DNA from: Clostridia bacterium
Lineage (GTDB): Bacteria; Bacillota; Clostridia; RGIG7378
Direction: 5' to 3'
DNA length: 52,697 nucleotides
Assembly (NCBI GenBank): GCA_017501105.1
Contig: JAFVXO010000117.1
Coordinates: 1-52,697 of the forward strand
Below the pieces are notes generated by a model that was not told the origin of the DNA, did no database searches, and was given only the letters and a program-made list of their open reading frames with translations. Numbering within the stretch: the stretch's first letter is position 1; every line of letters starts with the position of its first letter. The translations under genes and the position numbers were made by a program. Below, piece after piece: positions 39,587-46,460 of the stretch.

Positions 39587-40258
39587 TTAGGTTAATTCCT
39601 GTACCTTTGAGGAATTCTTCTTAATAGTGCTCAGCCAAACAATTCCAATAATTATTGAAACAATGGACCACACAGTTCCCCAGGGAGGGAATCCACCTTT
39701 GTATAGGTCATATTCTTGCCTGAAGAAATTCAGGAAAAACCTTGTCACTCCATAAAGCACCATAAACAAAGGATACAATTTCCCTCTATGCTTTCTTGAT
39801 ATTGCTAATGTCAACAAAATTGCCATAAGAATTACCGCGTTTATAAATTCTGCCTGCTGACTTGGGAAGTTATAATTTATTCCAAACAAGGATATATCTC
39901 TTCCACCACAGCAACCTGACATACAACAATTAATCTTCATAGCCGCTAACATTACGCAAATGCAAACGGAAAACTCATCTAGCAAATCACTCATCTTTTC
40001 TCTAACAACAAAAGATTCAGCTATTGCTGCTAATGGCATTATAAATACACAACCAAAAAATGATATCCCATCGAATCTACCATTTTCAATAAAATGCCAA
40101 AAAGATGCGCTAAGCAATCCTATAACTGACGACAAAAAAACTATAAGAGGCAACTTATATATCCTTAGCCTATAGCTTTTAGCAACTATTCCCATAGGAA
40201 GCAGCATGCTTACTGCACCTATGAGAACGTATAAAAGAATTGCACCTAAACGTTCCAT
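39587..40258 (-). CDS. Lgt-family (prolipoprotein diacylglyceryl transferase-like) polytopic membrane protein
   Basis: FPSQQAEF resembles Lgt HPSQLYE. LYPLFMVLYGVTRFFLNFFRQE resembles Lgt LYLxxYGxxRFxxEFxR. INCCMSGCCGGRD resembles the GCCYG-type loop. It has about 6 transmembrane segments. At 223 aa it is shorter than housekeeping Lgt. Confidence 0.6.
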   Translation of the reverse strand: MERLGAILLYVLIGAVSMLLPMGIVAKSYRLRIYKLPLIVFLSSVIGLLSASFWHFIENGRFDGISFFGCVFIMPLAAIAESFVVREKMSDLLDEFSVCICVMLAAMKINCCMSGCCGGRDISLFGINYNFPSQQAEFINAVILMAILLTLAISRKHRGKLYPLFMVLYGVTRFFLNFFRQEYDLYKGGFPPWGTVWSIVSIIIGIVWLSTIKKNSSKVQELT

Positions 40259-40266
40259 ACAAGCTA

Positions 40267-43200
40267 TTAGGATGGATTATTAATTACAATGTCTGCAATA
40301 TCAAAAATATAGGTGCAATTTGCAGAATCTGTCAACTCAAGATAAGAACCTGTCAATATAAGAGCTGCTTCCTTAGACTGATCGTTTGAATACAGTCTAC
40401 CAATATTTCTCATGACATCACCATCTGATTTCCATTCAAATGAATCAGTCTGTACACCATCTGCATACATATATACTCCAGCTGCATTGTCAGTCTCAAA
40501 CTTAATCTTAGCCCCTGTAGCTGATCCCATACCAGCAAGGTTCATAGTAACAGAGGGATGGTGATACTTTGTGGTCTCACTACATCCATTTGATTCGGTA
40601 TACTTGTGGAAATATATAGTTGTGTTTGTATCCGTTATGGTTGCGGAACCTTGAGAGCTTTCTGAGGCATACGAAGCGGACGTAATTTTCACTGTAGGTA
40701 TTTTGGATGCAACAGTCAAAACATTATTTTCCCTATACTCATAGCTTGTGCCATTAGACAATGTTACCTTAATTGTTCCATTATATGAGCCAGCCAAACC
40801 AGTCGTCATTCCACTCTCAGGAATATACATATGACCTGTAGTTGCATTTTGCCATGTATAGCTCAAAGACTGGTATCTGGATGTACCAGAAATGGTATAT
40901 CCACCCTTCTCTAGGCTGTCTCCGCTATGAGTTAACGTAAGAGTTACGCTCTGAATAGTTACTCCAGCCTCTGCCATGGTGAAACCAATCTTTTCTCTGA
41001 TGTTAATCCACAGACCGTTCTTGGAACCATCTGAATTATCTGTATACTTGCCAAGATCAACCTCAGTCATAAAGTCGATTCCACTGAAAGTTATAGGATT
41101 AATATCCATGGTGAATCCTTCAAAAATGCTCATCTGGTGGCCCACATTCAACTTATAGTACTGGGCGATAGCATTTTCATCATCTGTACCATAGTAATTG
41201 CCCTGCGGATCGTATACGCCATCAATCAGGATCTCCCTTACAGTCCATATTCCGTGTCTGCTGCCATCTTCTTTAGGCACGGGGAAGTAGTAATTTCCAT
41301 CCTCCACCTTATCTACGGACACCTCATATGTTTTGCCTGTTGGACTATTTACAAATACTGCCTTAACAGAGGCTGCACCATCTGCATTAGTAATATTTGC
41401 GGCAAAATCAACCGATGCACTTGTCTGCACAAAATAGCTGTTCTGGGAGGTTGTTCCTAAATATTCTGGTGGATCAATGGATCTTGCGGCAATGCCTGGA
41501 GCCCCTGTAGCAATCGTAATGGTATTAGTACCTACCACCAACTTAGTGAAGTTAAATACACCAACTTTATCAATGTTAAATGTGCCTTCGTAGCTACCTT
41601 CACTCCATGTTAAGGTTGTCTGAAGTCCATTAGCAGATACAGTTGATCCCCTCTTGCCATAATACAAGGTTATATCGTATGGCAAAGAATTCAACGCATT
41701 GCCTGTATTAGTCAATATCTGTACACTAACGCCAATGGTCCTTGCCCCCTGGTAATCGAATGAAATATCCGAACTACCATTGTCTAAGTAAACACGAGCC
41801 TGTAATCCCAAGTATGCAGTAAATGTAGACTGGAATGCCTCATCCAGCTCGTAATAAGCCTCCTCGTATGTAGCCCCCTCTCCAACACCAATTACCAGGT
41901 ACTGAATAGTATAAGTACCACTGGTTGTAAAGCCTGCATTGCCTGTCCACTGCCTTGTCAATGCATCATAGGCAAGGTCGCAGGTAATATATGTACCCTC
42001 TGCAGAAACAATTCTTGCAGAAACTCTAGTTGGCATCAGGTTAGAATCAAACTTAACCGCAACAGATCGGGTTACATAGTTCTCAGCGGTCAACGCTATC
42101 TCTTCGCCAACGAGATTACAGAAATTTACAGCTTCTACTGCAAATCCAGACACCTCAACTGTAATCCAATACTGCTGTGGCAGCGCATACTCAACGCCTC
42201 CTACCCATAAACTCTTTAATACATAGGTTCCGGGCATTGTAAAGTTACATTCTCCTGACCAAACAGTACCGGAAGTATTGGTAAGAGTAATTGGATTGGT
42301 ACGCATTCCCTGACTGGAGTTAATCTGTCTCTGGAATATTGCCTGAACCAGGGTTCCTTCTCCGATAGAGAGTCCTTCAATATAGGCGGTTAAAACAGGA
42401 TTCTTGGCAACTCCATCGTATGTGAACTTATTGTCACTAATCTCTGCTGAAAAGCTCATTGTCTGCATGGACAAATCGGTATTTTTGAGAGCAGTCAAAT
42501 CTGCAGATGAGCCAAATTGGAAGTTCAAATTGCCCTGAATGCTACCGTTAGACATAGCCATGCTATTGTCTAAATCAGTACCCTCCAGGTACAGTACTAC
42601 GCTAATCCTGGTAGCAACATTCTTCTCAAGCTTAACGATACCGTTGCTAATATTTCCGTTAGCATCAGTATATTCACATCCCAAACTTGAAACATAAATA
42701 GGAACAATGTACTTACCGCTGTCAGCAAATACCATATCCACGTCGAATTCGGCCTCGGCTAACAGTTCTCCCTCTGCGCAAACGAAGGCAATCTTGAGAT
42801 TTTTTAGCATCTCAAGTGAAGCAGCTGCGCTCTCCGGTGTATCTGCGTAGAAAATAAAGCAACTGCCGGATCCCTGTGTGGCACTTGTCTCACCAGACTC
42901 TACGTAAAGGTCATCATATACACGATTAGATCCATTAAATCCAGTAACTATTACTTTGGAGTCCATCTTTGGTGTAACATCCTCAGAGGTAATTGGATCA
43001 GTTTCCTCTACTACCTTTATTGTAGTTGGATTTCCATTTTCATCTAGAATTGGATTTCCATTTTGATCTTTAGTATATTCCTTAACAACAGCCCTTTTTA
43101 CTAATGTCCTATCAGAAATAGTATAATATTGACCATCCTCTGCAAGATAAACCAAAACTTCTTCGGTGGCTTCTATCCCGCCAACTACTTCGCCAGTAAT

Positions 43201-44835
43201 TCTATTATAAACAAATACTTCTCGAGATACAGACTCACCACTCAATACAACTTTTCTCTGCTCAGAAATTGTCTCTGTAGAAACAAGACCATCTAATGTG
43301 AGCACGGAATCCTCAGCGTTTGTGCGGAACCACAGGTCGAGCACCATGCCATACGTATCCTGAGCCACCATACTGGATGCAAAGTTAGCATCCATTTCCA
43401 TTGTTTTTTGAACTAGGCCCAGGAATTCGTTTGTATTAGAATTGGTCGTCAAATGTCCTGTCAGCTTTTTTCCGCCTCCGCCAATACCAAGAATCTCAAC
43501 CTTAAGATTAAGTGGATACAAACTTACATCCATACGTACGCCAGTCATGTCCTCAAACTGCTTAAGAGAACCATTGGTCGCCACTACCTCTAGTACTTGA
43601 TCGTCCTTTGTGATGTCTCCTAAGAAACTAAGAGCAACATCTACACCACCACTCATCAAGGCAGCAACCGACTGGGTTTGCACACCATTATTAATAGTTA
43701 CTGTATCGATATCCAGGAGGGTATTTACAATAAGCAAAAGTTCAGTCTCATCTCTCAGCTCAATGGTATCGCCATTATTGACCCTTTGAAGATATGTCTC
43801 CATTGTACCTAAATCAGCAAAGAAATGAGCTTCTAAGTCCTTATATGTTTTTAGAACCGTACCAAGTTCGACACCGTTGGCCTTAAGGGATGCTTCACTG
43901 GCATTCATTAATGACTGACGAGTATATTCAGTATACTCTGTTCCCTTAAGAGACTGCTGGATGTTTGCAAGGTATGCCAATGCGTCGCCAAATGGATATA
44001 TGGCATTGTTGTACAACTCAAAAAACATATTGTACAGTTGTGTGATTTGAGCCTTGGATAACGTACTATCTTTAGATATTCCAAGGGATGGAAGAATTAA
44101 TCCAGCTAAACCACCATATGTCGGATGATTGGCTACAACATCGTATATATTATAGTGCAAATAAATCTGAACCACGTCACGAATTGTATCCACGTATCCC
44201 TTATTGTTCATTACGGCCTGATATCCATCTGTTGCAATTTTTGCCTTATCCTTTGCAACCTCTAATTTATCCTGAAGAATAGTCAAACCTGTATTTGCAT
44301 AGGCTACAGAGGAAATAGCCCTGACTCCATATGTTGTGGTGCTGGGCACAACAAAGTCATAGTACCCCAACTGGGCGTCAACAACAGTCCACTGGGTGAA
44401 ACCAAAATTAGTTGTTTCTCCCTCTACTCTGCCGCCGTCAGTATAGGAAACACTGGACAAAAAGTACTTAGAGCTAGTTGTAAATGTGGCAGGACGCAGT
44501 ATCAAGTTCTCGATACCATAGTTGCCGCTTAGGTTAAGCAAGTTGCTCCAGGCAAGATTGGATTCCATAACTCCCTTTTTAGAATCGCCAATCTTAGTAC
44601 TGTCTGGAGCCAAACCATCCAAATCGGACAGGGCAATTTCCAGGTTGCCGTTTGCAGAAACAGTAGTTGAAACATTAGAAACCTCTGGAGCAGAAGCCAT
44701 CGTGTACCAGGCGTAACTGGTTGCAGAAATCATGACCAAAGAAAGCACTAACATAAATGCCACTGCTGCAATTCGTTCCTTAAGCCCCGGAAGTGCTTTC
44801 CTTAATTCTAATATATTCTTTTTGGTATCTGTCAT
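40267..44835 (-). CDS. Giant (1522 aa) secreted beta-rich protein with a TasA/camelysin-style, SipW-cognate-type signal peptide
   Basis: N-terminus KERIAAVAFMLVLSLVMISATSYAWYTMAS...VSANGNLEIALS. For comparison, TasA has ...GGGTWAAFND...FASGTLDLSA. The rest is long Thr/Ser/Gly/Val/Asn-rich beta-type sequence with no LPXTG and no lipobox. A GAGAGGGA RBS is present. Confidence 0.7.
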   Translation of the reverse strand: MTDTKKNILELRKALPGLKERIAAVAFMLVLSLVMISATSYAWYTMASAPEVSNVSTTVSANGNLEIALSDLDGLAPDSTKIGDSKKGVMESNLAWSNLLNLSGNYGIENLILRPATFTTSSKYFLSSVSYTDGGRVEGETTNFGFTQWTVVDAQLGYYDFVVPSTTTYGVRAISSVAYANTGLTILQDKLEVAKDKAKIATDGYQAVMNNKGYVDTIRDVVQIYLHYNIYDVVANHPTYGGLAGLILPSLGISKDSTLSKAQITQLYNMFFELYNNAIYPFGDALAYLANIQQSLKGTEYTEYTRQSLMNASEASLKANGVELGTVLKTYKDLEAHFFADLGTMETYLQRVNNGDTIELRDETELLLIVNTLLDIDTVTINNGVQTQSVAALMSGGVDVALSFLGDITKDDQVLEVVATNGSLKQFEDMTGVRMDVSLYPLNLKVEILGIGGGGKKLTGHLTTNSNTNEFLGLVQKTMEMDANFASSMVAQDTYGMVLDLWFRTNAEDSVLTLDGLVSTETISEQRKVVLSGESVSREVFVYNRITGEVVGGIEATEEVLVYLAEDGQYYTISDRTLVKRAVVKEYTKDQNGNPILDENGNPTTIKVVEETDPITSEDVTPKMDSKVIVTGFNGSNRVYDDLYVESGETSATQGSGSCFIFYADTPESAAASLEMLKNLKIAFVCAEGELLAEAEFDVDMVFADSGKYIVPIYVSSLGCEYTDANGNISNGIVKLEKNVATRISVVLYLEGTDLDNSMAMSNGSIQGNLNFQFGSSADLTALKNTDLSMQTMSFSAEISDNKFTYDGVAKNPVLTAYIEGLSIGEGTLVQAIFQRQINSSQGMRTNPITLTNTSGTVWSGECNFTMPGTYVLKSLWVGGVEYALPQQYWITVEVSGFAVEAVNFCNLVGEEIALTAENYVTRSVAVKFDSNLMPTRVSARIVSAEGTYITCDLAYDALTRQWTGNAGFTTSGTYTIQYLVIGVGEGATYEEAYYELDEAFQSTFTAYLGLQARVYLDNGSSDISFDYQGARTIGVSVQILTNTGNALNSLPYDITLYYGKRGSTVSANGLQTTLTWSEGSYEGTFNIDKVGVFNFTKLVVGTNTITIATGAPGIAARSIDPPEYLGTTSQNSYFVQTSASVDFAANITNADGAASVKAVFVNSPTGKTYEVSVDKVEDGNYYFPVPKEDGSRHGIWTVREILIDGVYDPQGNYYGTDDENAIAQYYKLNVGHQMSIFEGFTMDINPITFSGIDFMTEVDLGKYTDNSDGSKNGLWINIREKIGFTMAEAGVTIQSVTLTLTHSGDSLEKGGYTISGTSRYQSLSYTWQNATTGHMYIPESGMTTGLAGSYNGTIKVTLSNGTSYEYRENNVLTVASKIPTVKITSASYASESSQGSATITDTNTTIYFHKYTESNGCSETTKYHHPSVTMNLAGMGSATGAKIKFETDNAAGVYMYADGVQTDSFEWKSDGDVMRNIGRLYSNDQSKEAALILTGSYLELTDSANCTYIFDIADIVINNPS

Positions 44836-44850
44836 TTGTACTGTCCCTCT

Positions 44851-45312
44851 CTATCTCAGCCGTCTCCTGATCCCGGCAAGGCACCTGCCACAAAAATGGC
44901 GAATGCCTCGTGAACAATGCCAGATCCGGCTGTATAGTAGATATCCCATATTATTTACAGAATAATACTTTGTACCACGATAAAAACCTGTGACTATGGC
45001 AATAATCTGGTCATGTCGGATGCCATGCTCCAGATTGAACTGATTATCGCCAATGCAAGTATATGTCTTCCCTACTTTAACCACTCTGTGTAGAACAAAA
45101 CAGCCATCGTCTCTCCTGTACAGAGGAATATCATATTTTCTAGGTACGCCCTTATACGATTCTAAAATTACACTGTCTACCCCTTGACGCAACATGGGTA
45201 ACATACTGATACCCCGTGGGGAGAATTTGACAGGTTTGCCTTGAGCTAAATATTCCTCTATCAACGGCATCAGTTGCTCGAGATGTATCTCGTTCTCAAA
45301 TGAGCAATCCAT
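44851..45312 (-). CDS. S24/S26 (clan SF) serine-peptidase-like protein without a transmembrane segment
   Basis: PRGISMLPML matches the GxSMxP nucleophile motif. FVLHRVVKVG...CIGDNQ resembles the HR / GDN boxes of SipW/Sec11-type signal peptidases, or the K of LexA-type S24. There is no hydrophobic anchor, and the C-terminal tail is basic and Cys-containing. Its start overlaps the PqqD-like gene by 17 nt. Confidence 0.65.
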   Translation of the reverse strand: MDCSFENEIHLEQLMPLIEEYLAQGKPVKFSPRGISMLPMLRQGVDSVILESYKGVPRKYDIPLYRRDDGCFVLHRVVKVGKTYTCIGDNQFNLEHGIRHDQIIAIVTGFYRGTKYYSVNNMGYLLYSRIWHCSRGIRHFCGRCLAGIRRRLR

Positions 45313-45556
45313 TGTCTTTTAGCTTATTTACAAAGCGCTGGACACCTGCCCTGGCAGTCGCCTCGTCTACGCTATATTCTCTAAGTAATGCAGCAACCAA
45401 TCTGTCCTCATCTGTATCCTGCTGCAATTCCTGCCACAGAAATTTTCCTGTGTCGTTTAGTTTAATCATCTTGGTAAGATCCAGATCGTCACCGGTTGGC
45501 AGGACAACAGTTGTTCCTGCGACCTCTCTTACAATATAACCATCTTTAATCTTCAT
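45296..45556 (-). CDS. PqqD-family protein (RiPP recognition element-type peptide chaperone)
   Basis: 86 aa: DGYIVREVAGTTVVLP...MIKLNDTGKFLWQELQQDTDEDRLVAALLREYSVDEATARAGVQRFVNKLKDNGLL. This is the typical PqqD/RRE pattern (beta-strands followed by a winged helix). It overlaps the kinase gene by 11 nt. Confidence 0.8.
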   Translation of the reverse strand: MKIKDGYIVREVAGTTVVLPTGDDLDLTKMIKLNDTGKFLWQELQQDTDEDRLVAALLREYSVDEATARAGVQRFVNKLKDNGLLI

Positions 45557-46262
45557 TTGAATCCTCCAACTTACGACCAGACATGGCCTCGTAGGATAGA
45601 CGAACTGCCTCCGGTTCCATATTACATTTGAGTTTCCATACAGGCACCTTAGTCAACAGTTGGTCCAATAACTCCAGTATCTTAATACGGTGCTCCACTT
45701 CAGTCGACTTAGTTGACTGTTTAAGTATAGCTCCTATGGCCTGCACTCCACCAAAAGGCTCTATAGTGTTAGTCTCACCTCTCTCCAGACAGGCAATGCC
45801 TGCCAGAGGAACTCTCTTGTTTACACTAATATCGTGCTTACCACTCCATGGTGTACCATATACGTACCAGATGCCATCCTCTAATCGAAGAGCCGGCTTA
45901 TCGTCATTGATAATATAGGCTCTCTGGCCAAAATGTTGTAGCCATAGACTAGTATGGGTGGATTTGCCCGTACCACTGTTTGCTGTAAATAGATATGCCT
46001 TATTGTCCACCACCACAGCGGAAGAGTGAAGCATAAAGCCATCAAAATTAAAGAGCTGGGTATAAAAGGATTTGCCTGTAGATAAATACTCACAATCGTC
46101 ATCAGACAAGCGGGGAAACAAATTCTTTACATATTGGATATCAGAATGAACCTTAATATCTATGCCAGGACAACTATCTATCTGGTATGGTATGCTTTGT
46201 TCCAGAGTCCTACCATAGCTGTCCATCTCAACATATAACCCAGCAATCTTGTAAATTCCCAT
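45546..46262 (-). CDS. HPr-kinase-C-terminal-like P-loop kinase (HprK-related)
   Basis: FMLHSSAVVVDNKAYLFTANSGTGKSTHTSLW is a P-loop in the HprK-like context, followed by GTPWSGKHD. It is 238 aa with no recognisable N-terminal HprK domain. Confidence 0.7.
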   Translation of the reverse strand: MGIYKIAGLYVEMDSYGRTLEQSIPYQIDSCPGIDIKVHSDIQYVKNLFPRLSDDDCEYLSTGKSFYTQLFNFDGFMLHSSAVVVDNKAYLFTANSGTGKSTHTSLWLQHFGQRAYIINDDKPALRLEDGIWYVYGTPWSGKHDISVNKRVPLAGIACLERGETNTIEPFGGVQAIGAILKQSTKSTEVEHRIKILELLDQLLTKVPVWKLKCNMEPEAVRLSYEAMSGRKLEDSNED

Positions 46263-46306
46263 AAGTTACTTACGCAAAAGTAAAATAATCCTCTAATAGA
46301 ACTATT

Positions 46307-46328
46307 CCCCCCAGTGAAGACTGGGGGG
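46307..46328 (-). promoter_or_regulatory. GC-rich hairpin between the small ORF and the kinase gene (attenuator / processing-stabiliser candidate)
   Basis: CCCCCCAG-TCTTCA-CTGGGGGG on the minus strand, an 8-bp stem (46307-46314 and 46321-46328). It begins 15 nt after the small-ORF stop. No clean U-tract follows (AATAGTTCTATT). Confidence 0.5.
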
Positions 46329-46343
46329 ATAATCTAATTCAAG

Positions 46344-46439
46344 TTAGACGAGCTCGCTGGTCTCCCAAGGATCATTAACCATAACTTCCTCTGTCTCCAG
46401 AGAGATTACCTCAATCTCAGGATTCTCATAATTCTTCAT
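46344..46439 (-). CDS. Unlisted 31-aa acidic small ORF, candidate precursor or signalling peptide
   Basis: My manual translation gives MKNYENPEIEVISLETEEVMVNDPWETSELV*. AGGAGG lies 8 nt upstream of ATG 46439, which is 21 nt after the stop of the 1734-aa gene. A hairpin follows, then the kinase/PqqD/peptidase genes. It falls below the ORF-track length cutoff. Confidence 0.55.
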   Translation of the reverse strand: MKNYENPEIEVISLETEEVMVNDPWETSELV

Positions 46440-46460
46440 GTATAAATACCTCCTAAAAAA

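Noticed and set aside
44851-46439. Reading the cassette as a lasso-peptide (paeninodin-like) cluster.
   Set aside because: The window has no Asn-synthetase-like macrolactam synthetase, no transglutaminase-like B2 protease and no ABC exporter. The peptide also lacks an obvious Gly/Ala1 ... Asp/Glu8-9 core after a Thr(-2).
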